Shown: in pieces, positions 11,785-23,230 of the stretch
How positions within the stretch are numbered: the stretch's first letter is position 1
Layout: every line of letters begins with the position of its first letter
Assembly: GCA_003693705.1 (NCBI GenBank)
Contig: RBZT01000756.1
Span: 1 to 54,814, forward strand
Length of the DNA: 54,814 nucleotides
Direction: 5' to 3'
Source: Polymyxa betae A26-41
Lineage: Eukaryota > Protista > Endomyxa: Phytomyxea
Position numbers and translations under genes: made by a program
The notes under the pieces: generated by a model
Databases searched by the model: none
Seen by the model: the letters and a program-made list of their open reading frames with translations, nothing else
What the model was told of the DNA's origin: nothing

Positions 11785-11935
11785 TGACGGATACAGAGTC
11801 TTAATAGAAACTTTTACTGTATTCCAGGTGGTCATCGTTTTTCCATGAGCTGCCTCCCATGGTTTTGCTGTATTTACCTCTTTTAAAAGGAAAACGTCAT
11901 CGCAGCTGGCAAATTTCGATCTACTGGAATGGGGG
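11785..11935 (-). pseudogene. Myb/SANT-like Harbinger ORF1 fragment, probable partner of 10351-10629
   Basis: KFASCDDVFLLKEVNTAKPWEAAHGKTMTTWNTV resembles the N-terminus of Harbinger-associated Myb/SANT proteins; convergent with the transposase fragment. Confidence 0.55.
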
Positions 11936-12903
11936 GACGGGGTAGGACAGAAAAATTTTGCAAGGTTTGGCTGTTGTCCTTTTGGCGAACATCGGAACAA
12001 GAATCCATAATCACAAACAAATTAGATAAACTTGTATATTCGTATGTATCTGAATCTCAAAAACTTGTTAAGATTGAGCAGCTGGAGCTCGTGAATCGTA
12101 AAGCAGCAACCAGTTTTGAAGATTCTACTTGGAGCAGCTATCCGTCACAATCCCTTTAACTGGATGCTATCTGAATCTAAATCTCTGGATTTGAGCGTTC
12201 CAAAAGTTCTCTAATCATAACGAAATTATTATTTCGTACTGGTTGTTACCCGGAGCTGCCGACAAGGTCGTAAACACGGCGCCGTCATCGTTCTGATCGT
12301 CCTGGAGCCGACCCACCCCTCTAATTATGGACCAGTCCCGCTGCCTTGATCAGGTATTCCTGGGGTCCCAATCATGAAATCGTCGTCATTGTCACAAGTG
12401 TGCAGGAAAAGTTGTCCTCCTGTGGTGAAGCAAGTCTTTCGGAACGCCGCAGAGCGTTCTCTGCTGTTTTGATAATTCAGCCGACATCGCTGTCCTGTTG
12501 ATGGTGCAGGCGTCGCCGTCCTGTTGCTGGACCAGCCGTCGCCTTCCTGAACCTGAAAGTAAACGTGTCGCCAGACCTTCGAACCGCAGAGAGGCGAAGC
12601 CGTCGCCCTGCTGATGGAGCTGTCGTAGGTGCTGGTTTCAGATATCTTTATCTGGGTTCAACAGTACCGTGCCATGAGCGCGCGATGATGCTGACCTCAA
12701 AGCTAGTCTAGCCCCGAGTTTTGCCAAACAAATCACTCTTGTTTTATGTACGATTTTGTTACTTCTTACTTGAGTTTTCTTCCTCTTCTATCGATATCTT
12801 ATCTATCGTACCTATTTTGTTCTTTTTTGAAGTTTTTTCTTTTTGGGCTCTGCTCGTTTTGTATTTTATTTTTTAGGGATTGTCCTTATGCTGGTGCTGC
12901 TAT

Positions 12904-13300
12904 TTGGGATCTGGCAATGAAGGAACGAAATCAGCAAGTATCGAGATTATGGGTAAAAGGATGAAGATTCAAAGGTTCCATCATAGACCAAGTGATTCAA
13001 GATGAGGATGTTACAGTCAGGCTCTAGGTTCGAGTCTCACACAGGTTGTTTAAATTTTGTTTTTAAGACACAACCAAATGCCGCGTTGCGTGAGCTGTGC
13101 TGATTGTACAGTCAAGAGAAGTGCGGCTGCCGCGTGGCGGTTGTAGAGCCCAAGAGCCAACTGGGATCCCAGTGGTTCAAGGACTAGAGACACTGTACCC
13201 TTCTAACAGCACCAGTGTGTTAACACCTCAGCAGGTTGGCGCAAGCCTCGGGCCTTGGGGTGATCACTCAAACGAGTCGATAACTTCAACATCGATTCAC
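12904..13300 (+). repeat. Ngaro split direct repeat A1
   Basis: Near-identical to 18068-18494 apart from an indel of about 32 bp. Confidence 0.95.
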
Positions 13301-13328
13301 AGCACCTCTTGGAGACAAGCGCTCGGAG

Positions 13329-14579
13329 ATGACAGGCAAACGGGGACGACACACTCAAAGGCCACCGTCGGGAAGGCGCGTTGAAGCGAGCCCACAGACT
13401 CAGGGGATGGTGATCACTGTCCCGGACGAGGGTAGCAGAAACCGTCGGCAGTCGGCTCGTGCCCATAATGGACGTAGCGAGGTTGTGGAAGACCAGCCTG
13501 ATGGAGATTCCTCACCAAGTACTGTCGATGATGACGGGAACGGTTGTTCACCCAATGATTCGGATGACGATGAGGGGGACGCTACAAGTGCCCAGACAGA
13601 TCGAGACGCCGAACATCAACAGCAATGCGGTCAGGACTCTGACCCACAATCTGATGATCAGCCAATTCGCTCGAGCCGTCACGATCAATCAACCAGCTCT
13701 AAAGTCATGTCCGAGATGATGAAAATGCTGAAGTTCATGCGTGACGAAGTCGCAGATACAAAGAGGGAGCGTGACAAATACCACACGAGGGCGCGAGAAA
13801 TGGCAAGCTCGTTGCGAGCAGGAGAAAGCAGCCAAGCGTCGGAAAGTTGGAAGTGATGATGAGCTCAAAACTCAGCAAGAAAGCTTGCGCGACTAGAACA
13901 GGAGATAATCGCAATGAAGGAAGCCGAACGCGCAAGAATCGAAGAATCTAACATGATTGCTCCTATGACTTCATCGACGGAGCAACAAGTTCTTAAATGT
14001 AAGTTCTTCCATCTTGAGAGAATTGTTATGGGGGCAGCGGGAGAGGCGGACAAGACCATTGTTGAATTGGATCCCGAAACCAAAGAGATCAAGGCTACAA
14101 CGAAACCAATCGAAATCAAGATTGATTCTTTTGCCAGGTGGAGCGAGGCATGGCTTGCAGTCATCGTGATCGTGGGACGCTCCAAGACTCTTCATGAGAA
14201 AATCATGTACCTGATCCACCATCACCAGTATATTTACTCGCTGTCGTTGGCATATACTTGGAAAAAAGTTTATGACTTTGACCTCACAATTCGCCGTCAA
14301 GTCGCACAACACAAAGATTATTCAAGTCTGATGAAGATGAGAGATCATGAAGCACGTTTGATCCACACTCCGAAAGAATTGAAGACTGCGAAGAATAAGG
14401 ACCCAACTAAGCAGCCCAACTCAAACAAGACCAGAAACCGTCATCGACGTGGAGTCGACGTTGACGGAAACGAGTCTGCGACAAACTCATTCGTGGAACT
14501 TGTAAGGCGGGTACAAGTGAGCACCCACAGCCCTGCCGTTTTTCTCATAAAGCAATCGCCAAGTTCGACTCTTACATGA
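13329..14579 (+). pseudogene. Ngaro ORF1 (gag-like) with C-terminal CCCH zinc finger
   Basis: IDSFARWSEAW..YTWKKVYDFDLTIRR; in a shifted frame near 14470, VCDKLIRGTC..CRFSH. Broken by stops and frameshifts. Confidence 0.8.
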
Positions 14580-16345
14580 TAGACTCATCTTGTAGTGTTG
14601 CGAACAGATCAGGCTTTGATTCTGATATTGGCCTCGAATGGTCGGATGACGGCCTCGTGGAGGATCACGAAAGAGGTGAATTTGGTAGAATCGTAGACCG
14701 CGGCCAACATCTGCATGGGAAACGTAGGGCCGAATACTTGGAGCAATTACGGAAGGTGGGATTGATACAACCGAAACTATGCAGTAGAGGCTGGTTAGAG
14801 TTTATGAAGGATTGGGCCAGCCGAAACGAAATCACCTATATGCTTAACCTCATCACTGAAGGTTCAGATCTGAGATACTCAGGGCCAAGAGATATTGTCA
14901 GGGATTGTGGCTCAAAATGTCCCAGTCTTGAACACACACGGCATCTTCTCAAGCAGTCCCTTGAACGCGCGCTCAAAGAAGGATACATCGCAGGTCCTTT
15001 CAATAAGAAGAATCTTCCTTTTCTGAACTACATCTCTTCCCCGTTATTCACGGTTCCAAAAGGACATGACAATATACGTCCGATTCATGACCTTTCAAAA
15101 GGACCAGGAGCTTTGAATAACTATATTGATAAGAACGAATTCAGCATTCACCTTCCAACCTTGGACAATATCATCCATAAGATCTGGCACTTACGCGAAC
15201 ATCCACACGGAGTCTTCATGTGGAAGGAAGATGTCAAAGACGCGTTTTGCCATTGCAAGGTTCGGATTAAAGATAGGGCCTATTCCATACAGAAAATTGG
15301 GAACCAATACTATGTACGGTTATCGCTAGGTTTTGGAGGGAGAAGTTCCCCGGGACTATGGCACGAAATCACGGAAACCTTGCCCAAAGGATTAGCACAC
15401 AAAAACGAATATTTTACAACATTGGAATGCTACGTCGACGACTTCTTTAATATATGTCCAGGAGAAGAACAAGCAAAATTGTCTCAAGAAGATTTCCAGC
15501 GCTTTTGTTCCACCCTGGGCATCACTTTAGATCCAAAGAAAAGACAGGAGCCTTCGCAAGTAATGACCATCATCGTGTTCGAAATCGATACTATCGCGAT
15601 GGAGATCAGGTTGCCCGAGTCATATGTGAGGAAGAGTCTTGAAGTCTTCCGCCATTGGACGGACGATTCAAATCCGAAACGATTTCGAGAGCTTCTGAGC
15701 CTGGCTGGTATCTTAAACTGACTAAGTCAGATTATTGTGTGTGGAAAGACCTTCACTCATGAGATACTGAAAAAGATTCGTCAAACAAGTCCGGATCCCA
15801 GCTCTAAGATCATTCCGAGCGAAGGCATGCTGCAAGATTTGAACATCTGGAGTCATTGTCTCCAGAGATGGAACCTCAGAGAGATTCTGCAACGATCTAG
15901 CAGTATGAAGATGTCTCAGTTAGGAATCTACACCGATGCATCTGGAATAGGTTCAGGTGTGAATCTCTCCAACGGGAACTGGTTCGCATATTGCTGGTCC
16001 GACCAGGAACGTCAAGTGGACATTTGTGAGAGAGAGCTCATGGCCAGTTTACAAGCAGTAGAGATCTGGGGAAGGCAATGGACCAACCTTACGGTCATTA
16101 TTGAGTCAGATAATATGAGTGTGGTGCGAAGTTCAGCAAAGCGGCGTGCCAAGAATAACGATGGGCTGAAAAACTGTACAGATGTCTGTTTGCTTTAGAG
16201 CTCAAGTACAGATGTCGGATAATCTTCAAACATATTGCGGGATCTCGCAACATGCTAGCCGATGCATTATCGCGACAAAGAATTGAAGAGTTTTTTGTCT
16301 TTGGCCGTCAGCGAACAAACGTGGCGAACACGTTTCAAGTTTAAT
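14576..16345 (+). pseudogene. Ngaro reverse transcriptase and RNase H
   Basis: IAGPF, SPLFTVPK..RPIHDLS, KEDVKDAF, LGFGGRSSP, YVDDF; then YTDASGIG, ERELMA, IESDNMSVV and HIAGSRNMLADALSR. In-frame stops at 15719 and 16196. Confidence 0.93.
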
Positions 16346-16599
16346 GCTGGAAAACACGCATGAGCAATGTCTGCAGATGATGCTGACCACTTAATGGTGT
16401 ATGACCCGACGGATGACGTCACCGACGGAAGACGTCGAAATGGGTGACGAATGAATGCGCAGATATGCCGACGTGGATTACACGATCAAAAACCCTGCTG
16501 CCCTCAGAGCTTCTCTCGATTTGCTACTTCATTCGGATAACTTATTTTGCTACAGATGAGAACCTGTTAAAGGAATCGGGGCTATTCCAAGACTCAAAT

Positions 16600-17850
16600 G
16601 TGACGAAAGATGACCCAGTCATCTATGATGAAGCGGTGCGGTTGGTGGCGACAGGATACTCGAGTGAGACTATTGAAACCTATATGACAGCTGGAAAGCA
16701 TGGAAACGTTTCGTCGAAGGCAGAAGAATTGACGTAACCAATGTGACCGAGACAAACTTGTGCCTTTTCTCTGCTTGGTTAGCAAATCAAGAACCTCCTG
16801 CATCTGCTGCAACCATAGCAAATTACGGCTCCGGAATTCTGAGTTATATGAACATTTTGGGGCATCCAGTGCAAGGCCGCGATCAATGGCATCATTACAA
16901 CACCACTTTACAGGCCCTCAAAAAGCGGGACGCCCCTCAAACTGCAGAGAGAAAGAGAGTAGGTCTGTCCATTTGCCAAGTACTGAAGATCAAAGGAAAT
17001 TGTCATACCACAAACGACTTGAAATATGCTCACCTTATCTGGACTCGGAATAATAGGCCTCCATCGCCTCGGAGAACTCGCAACAAAAAAGGGTACTGCG
17101 CCATCTTTCAGTCAGTTGATAATCGGGGAAACAGGGGGATCTCTTCGCCTGTACAAATCAAAGACTGTATCAACTTATATTTTCTCCTAATGAAGAAATA
17201 AATACTGCGACACTGCGCACTATTTANNNNNNNNNNNNNNNNNNNNNNNNNNNNAGACCACCGGAAGCTGAAGGCCCCCAAGCCCTGAATCACGTTCCGT
17301 CGGAAAAGCGTCACGGACACGCGTCACGGACCGCGGAACTACCCTGGAAAAATTACAGTTTGATTAAAATACCATTACGATTTTACAGCACTAACTCCAA
17401 CGACTATCACGTTTTAGTAGGAGTGCTATAAGACTGATATTAATCGCGACAGCGTTGTAGTGAATTATGCCAGAGGAAGTCATGACTCCACGGGATTCAA
17501 TCCATTAGGATGGATTTCCAAGTTGATTGAATCTCGGCCACCAAATCGAAAGACACCAACAAGTCCGATTTTTCAAACGAAAACCGGGCGACCAATTCGT
17601 GGTCCCGCGTTCATCAAGTGGTTGAGATTGAAACTGACAGAAATAGGAGAGCTGTTTGTGAAATACTCCGGACACTCCTTAAGAATCGGTGGCATGAACG
17701 ATTTTCGGAAAGCCGGTGTCGATAAGGAGGTGATAAAAGGCTCACGGCCGGTGGAGCAGTGATGCTGTGGACAGATATTTGCGAATAGATGTCGAAGAGG
17801 AGACGAAAGCTTTACAATCGCTGTTGAGCTAACCTAATACCCAAATAAAG
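16600..17850 (+). pseudogene. Ngaro tyrosine recombinase, interrupted by an insertion
   Basis: Catalytic motifs across frames: GLHRLGEL, KSKT/D, GHSLRIGG, HGRWSSDAVDRYLR. Confidence 0.92.
17168..17429. mobile_element. Unclassified insertion in the YR gene, spanning the assembly gap 17227-17253
   Basis: Flanked by the direct repeat AAGACTG (17161-17167 and 17430-17436), which duplicates the K-T-D codons. Confidence 0.75.
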
Positions 17851-17948
17851 ATACATGCAGACTTTGAGATACGGCAGCGACGGTGGATTCTGCCGACTTA
17901 CTTTGAAGATTAGCTCCAGCTTCTTCTAATGTTGATGGCGTAGTGTTT

Positions 17949-18068
17949 GGAGGTTCCAGAAGCTAGATCTTTGGCGAATTGAGGGGACAGGATTCTTATT
18001 CCCTCCCTCCCGATGGCGAATTTGGCCTCCGCCTTAAACACACAATCGTAATAAATTTTACCGATAAT
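17949..18068 (+). repeat. Ngaro split direct repeat B1
   Basis: Near-identical to 18563-18681; contains CCCTCCCTCCC and AATAAA. Confidence 0.93.
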
Positions 18069-18494
18069 TGGGATCTGGCAATGAAGGAACGAAATCAGCA
18101 AGTATCGAGATTATGGGTAAAAGGATGAAGATTCAAAGGTTCCATCATAGACCAAGAGATTCAAGATGAGGATGTTACAGTCAGGCTCTAGGTTCGAGTC
18201 TATCACAGGTTGTTTAATTTTTGTTTTAAAGCCACAACCAAATGCCGCGTTGCGTGAGCGGTGCTGATGGTACAGTCAAGAGAAGCGCGGCTGCCGCGTG
18301 GCGGCTGTGGAGCCCAAGCCAACTGGGATCCCAGTGGTTCAAGGACTAGAGACACTGTACCCTTCTAACAGCACCAGTGTGTTAACACCTCAGCAGGTTG
18401 GCGCAAGCCTCGGGCCTTGGGGTGATCACCCGACCTCGGCGCCTCTATCTTGAATCATTCTTCAAACCAGTCGATAACTTCAACATCGATTCAC
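18068..18494 (+). repeat. Ngaro split direct repeat A2
   Basis: Copy of 12904-13300, directly abutting B1. Confidence 0.95.
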
Positions 18495-18562
18495 TCGTTG
18501 CCTACCCAAGCCAAGACATTGAAAGAGATTTGGAGTCGAAATACCAAACTCGCGAATCAAAG

Positions 18563-18681
18563 GGAGGTCCAGAAGCTAGATCTTTGGCGATTTGAGGGGA
18601 CAGGATTCTTATTCCCTCCCTCCCGATGGCGAATTTGGCCTCCGCCTTAAACAAACAATCGTAATAAATTTTACCGATAAT
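18563..18681 (+). repeat. Ngaro split direct repeat B2
   Basis: Copy of 17949-18068. Confidence 0.93.
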
Positions 18682-19584
18682 GGTACATGTTATCGCCGCT
18701 TACCGTTTGTCCGGCAAATCCTGCCAATGCTTCGGTCTGTTCGCTGTTGCTGCTGTCACTAATGGTGCCGATGATACTAGTGCTGATGCGGCTGTTGGTG
18801 TTATCACTGCCTGTTGTCGCAGCTGCAGTCGTTACTGCTTTGTCAAGTTACAACATTGCAAAGGTCACGGCCATCGTAATCCGCAAGAGCAAAGCACCCA
18901 TTTCGTCACCGACGCTTTCGCAACTATTCAAAAGAATAGAGTTCAATACTGACTACTCTGACCTTATCGAACCTGCTTCATTTCTGATAATCTCTAATAG
19001 GGAGAAAAAGCGACCGATTGGGAGAAATATGTACTGCTGAACAGGTCCCCACCGCTACAGCAGGAGCAGCTGGTGAAGATTCTTCTTTTTCACGAACCTC
19101 GATGTTCTCTCATTGCGTTTGTAAAGGCCTATGATGGACGAGGCCGAAAAAAATTTGAACTTCGCTGCGAGAATGCTTCTGCTGATCCTTTATACTACAT
19201 TACATATCGCATGCGATAGTTTCGCATTTTTTGTCGAAATAGACATACTGTGAATTCCTGGATCGTCAGTGTCGGACTTAAGATATTTTCAACTGCGGAC
19301 ACAATGTTTTAGACTTCGTCGACATTCCCTTCATCCTGAGACACTAAGGGCGCGTTTGGAAGCCACGCGAAATCCAGATTCCGAGGATTAATATCTGGAT
19401 TTTTCGTGAAATCCGGATTTGATGTAGAAATGACACGTTTGGCTGCCGAGAAACTGATTTTGAGAATCCCGATTTTCCGCCTCGAAATCGGGATTCTCAA
19501 ATTTCTATTCCCACCAGGATTTCCCACGGAAATCCGATTTTCGAGCTTCTAATTTCTCTCAATTTTGTCTCCGCTTCAGCAATC

Positions 19585-21167
19585 ATGAAAACGAAAACCG
19601 AGGCCAAAACTTCCCGGGCTGTTTGTGACCAAGAAAGGGGCTCAAAGCTTATTTCCTTGCTTCAAAACCAAGCGAATCAAGGCAAGAAAGCAGACAGTGG
19701 TTTTAAGAAAGAGGCATGGACAGAGGTGACCTCTCAGTTTAGTATCAAATCCCACCCTGAGCATGAATGATTGTCCGGTTTCCTAAGACCATCTAAAATT
19801 AGGAGTGCTTTGGCCAGTAGTACACCCAAATATTACAATCTCTGCGCAGCGTTTTCATCAACTTTATTCTATTCTAATTTTATCCGTACTGGTCCGCTTA
19901 TTGGCTGCGCCATGCCCCTTTGAAGCTGAGACCTCACGGCTCCCAGAAAATTACCCGCTGGCTCGAAATGGGCGACCGCCCTCGGCCACCGGCACTGCCC
20001 GACCCGCCCGCACAACGAGACAGACGAAACCTGACAAAGAGGGAGCGCAATGGTATCATGAGCGAAGTCTGCTAATTCGGACCCACCCAAAATGGGAAAT
20101 CATATAGTCTGGGGAATCAGACAATCATTGTTGCTCAAAAAAATGGTGCGTAATTGGACAATCATTCTTGCTCAGAGTGGTATAATTTAAGCTATGATCG
20201 TGAGCAGTTGAAAACACGATATAAACAGGTATTCCCAATAGATAAATTATGAAAGTTTGGAAGTATATAATTAATCGGCATGTGTATCAGCTGAAAGCTT
20301 CGTACACTATCTTTCAACGGCTCAAAGAGAATTCGGGCAGGGGATGGGATACCGTTAGAAACTTACCTATAGCGGACGATAAGTTCTGGAATGATTACGT
20401 CGAGGTCTGGTAAATTTACCTTATAAAATCGTGTTTGCATTCAACAAGTTGAATAGAGCCATCCGAAGGCGAAACAGTATCGATACTTCACGTTACCGTT
20501 GTAGATGAGCTTAATGCTCTGTTCAGTCACAACGCGGCGACCGGCTCCCGTGCTGTATCATTGGTTAGCTTAGGATTTCCTCTTGCATCTCCAACTGTGT
20601 CTAATGATGGGCGATTGCGAGAGGAAATTGATGACATTATTGATAGAGCCTTTAACAATGGAGCCCAATCGTCAGAGTCTGACGACGATGAGGAGAGTTC
20701 GGGATCGCTTTGTCAGGCACGAACGCTGGCAAAACGGATATGCCTTCCCCAGAACAAGGCTCCGGTAACACCTGCAGCAGACATTCACGCCGCTGTTAAG
20801 GTGGATGCCCATCTCACAGCATCGATTTGGAAAAAGGCGAAATCTCCCACCAACAGTAGTGTCGTGAAATTCCATCGCATTCTCCACAGACTTTGAAACC
20901 AGCTGAACGTGACCGGCCATCTGGAGCCAGCCGAATCGCTAACGCGACTAATAATCTTTCAACAGCGGTGGCTCCTACCGTTCACGAGAGAGCTATCCAA
21001 CTATTGACCCAGCAGTATTGCGATGTTAACAGATATGCAGACGGTGAAGGCATACAGCCTGATGACCGATAAGACGAAGGCAGCAGTATTCGTCGCGATG
21101 CCGGCCAATCGTTATCTGAAGTTGTGGCTGATGAATGAGATCGGGGCTGACATCAGCGATATTTAAA
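19585..21167 (+). pseudogene. PIF ORF1 Myb/SANT-like DNA-binding protein with short introns
   Basis: GKKADSGFKKEAW...EQLKTRYKQ [GT-AG 20229-20290] LKASYTIFQRLKENSGRGWD...HPKAKQYR. Confidence 0.85.
19752..20180. mobile_element. MITE inserted in PIF ORF1
   Basis: 25-bp TIRs CCACCCTGAGCATGAATGATTGTCC / GGACAATCATTCTTGCTCAGAGTGG, with an extra partial copy near 20120. Removal restores SIKYNLSY; inferred target TA (the left flank reads TC). Confidence 0.8.
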
Positions 21168-21389
21168 TATTATATTTTTACTTACATAAAAACTATCAGC
21201 TGCGATCGAGCAATCGTGCTTGGCTAATCCAACACACGTTGAGGACGAGCGACCCTAACATGAAGCCGATTTCTCACGTCAGAATCTGACCCCGCAGAGG
21301 AAGAGAGCGAAGCGCTAGCCGCATCGCTGATGCTACTGGCTTTCTGGCTTTACAGTGAGATCGGAGCTGAAATAATGAACTAACGTTTT

Positions 21390-22720
21390 GACAGCGCAGC
21401 TTCTCATCTTTGCAATCCTGTCTCTGAGTTCATTAAAAAGGTTGGAGGATTCGCCGACTGTTGTATCAGTTTCAAGATTGCCGGTTTTGGCATATTGATT
21501 GAGGTAAATTTATCATTATTGAATCTGTACGTGTGATACCAGGTCTTCGAAGTAATCGCCAACACCTCCGGAAATCCTTACGAAAATATGCAGGACGCAG
21601 CAAGCAATTACCAATCTCGACTTCATCTGATGCGAAATTTCTGGTGCATGCAAGAGAATTGGAAATCTCTTTTTAAGAATGCCAAAAAACGCTCAATGGC
21701 ATTTCTTGCTGGCGAATGTCGAAGATTGAATAGCTCTTTATAATCTTGCGGTCTATATACAATCAGTTGTTTGGGAGTGTTAAGCAGAACGCTGCCCGCC
21801 GCTCGGTAACCTCTTGATTTTGCCTTGCTTCCATTCCCTTAAGTGATATCGTACGCCTCGATAGGGAGGAAGTAGCTTCGCTGTCAAGCCAAGCCCTGCA
21901 TCGCCCAGGTCGTATTCTCCTTCAGGAACTGTAAGCCCTTTCGGGTATGTGTCGGATAGAAGAGTGCTATCTGCGGCAGATCCTTCCCATCCGGCCAGCA
22001 CATAGGTGAACAAAAAAGCAAGCAGCCAGGACGTTCTGGCTCAAGAACCCCATCCTATTCCTATAAGGCTGCGCTTGACTGGATGGAACAAACGCTGGAA
22101 TGTGAGTGCCATCCAGGGCCATCCGGCAGTCTTCAAAAAAAGGAAAGAATTTCGGGTTATCTCGAACAATTGGCGCTAATTCGTCTTGCCTAGGAAATCT
22201 GATATATTTTTCTGCCAGTGAGCAAATCGCATCAGTAACCCGATGGAGTACCCTGCTGCATATAGTTATAAATATGGGAATGTATTGGCCATATAGACAA
22301 CCAAAAACTGACATTCCTACTGATAGTTTCTCCGCTTCTTTGGAAACGTTCTTGAGCATCCCTATTTTTAGAGCTGTGGGACACAATACAGAGAAAAATT
22401 GCCATCATTTCATCGACATCCATATTGCGTGTACTCTGCGAACTTCCCGATATCAAGAGCTCACGCTTGAGCTTCTTAAAAATGGGTGTACTCATGCGAA
22501 GGGTCTCGTATATACGAACTGGGTTACCTCTCATTAATTATATCACCCATTCGGCTCCTTGGAGCCCCGATGTTCGAAATGGCTCCTTGACACAGAAAGA
22601 TTTGACATACCACTATCCTACGAGGCATGCCGCAGCTCGATTTCTTCGTTGAAAAGAATCGTATTCGTCATCATCAGAGAAACTCATGATCGTTTGGTGC
22701 GACATAACATACGTAAACCC
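21390..22720 (-). pseudogene. PIF/Harbinger DDE transposase
   Basis: QERFQRSGETISR, ALDGTHI, SQNVLAAC, YVLAGWEGSAADS, LGDAG, PYRGVRYHLREW, FNLRH. Frameshifted. Confidence 0.92.
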
Positions 22721-22887
22721 GTATTTTTCGCCAACCGGTTTTATCATTAGGAAAAAGTAGTTTGCGGAAAAACCGGACTTAAAATTCCGTGGCATCCAAA
22801 CGGGCCCTCAGTGCATTGACGTTAGGTAATAGCGAACCCAATCAGATGTTTATACAGCGTTTCTGTTTTTTTCTCTCGCCATACAAA

Positions 22888-22930
22888 TGTCGGGTAGCTT
22901 CCCGACCCGACCGACCCGATCGGAGCCCTA
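22888..22930. mobile_element. hAT-like terminal remnant
   Basis: CCGAC subterminal repeats ending in TCGGAGCCCTA, the same terminus as 37887-37897. Confidence 0.55.
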
Positions 22931-23230
22931 ACCCCAGAAAGTTTGTATCGAAATCAAACGTAACAGGCCCTTGTGAAATCGAGCACGGACTGGCCACACC
23001 AGATGCAGAGCCCATATAACAGCATAGGCTTTGAATCCAACGATAAATGCCGATTTTGCCTAGGCATAAGTGAAACTTTAGAACACCTACTGCTTAGAAG
23101 CCCATAACTGGACCGGTCGCTATCCAAGCATCGCGAAAAATACACAATGGCCAAAGTAAAGACGTTTAAGCGACGCTCTATGGACACACAGCAAAATTTT
23201 TTGCGAAAGCAGCGAAAGTTGGCTGTGTAA
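22931..23230 (+). pseudogene. Non-LTR retrotransposon (LINE) ORF2 C-terminal zinc-knuckle fragment
   Basis: Manual translation with one frameshift: RARTGHTRCRAH..IGFESNDKCRFCLGISETLEHLLL. Confidence 0.8.

Larger units (their letters stand above)
12904..18681 (+). mobile_element. Ngaro-type (DIRS order) tyrosine-recombinase retrotransposon, structurally complete but mutated
   Basis: Split direct repeats A1 ... B1-A2-B2; gag with CCCH finger, RT, RNase H and YR; no methyltransferase-like domain seen; no conventional TSD. Confidence 0.93.
19348..22807. mobile_element. End-to-end PIF/Harbinger transposon with two convergent, degenerate genes
   Basis: TIRs GGGCGCGTTTGGAAGCCAC / GTGGCATCCAAACGGGCCC; flanks TAA/TCA; Myb/SANT gene on plus, DDE transposase on minus. 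Confidence 0.9.

Noticed and set aside
12240-12720. Possible LTR-element 3' end on the minus strand (LRRSERL, purine tract) with short GTCGCC/CCTGTTG repeats
   Set aside because: No TG...CA LTR or catalytic motif to support it.
12977-13050. Functional tRNA gene
   Set aside because: Acceptor, anticodon and T stems do not pair properly; kept only as a tRNA-like promoter finding.
13140-13300. Group I intron or twister ribozyme resemblance (GGTTCAAGGACTAGA, GCCCAAGCC)
   Set aside because: The required partner strands and core geometry were not found.
18682-19040. ORFs 18680-18952 and 18687-19040 as genes
   Set aside because: GCT/GTT low-complexity sequence that is open in several frames, with no recognisable domain.
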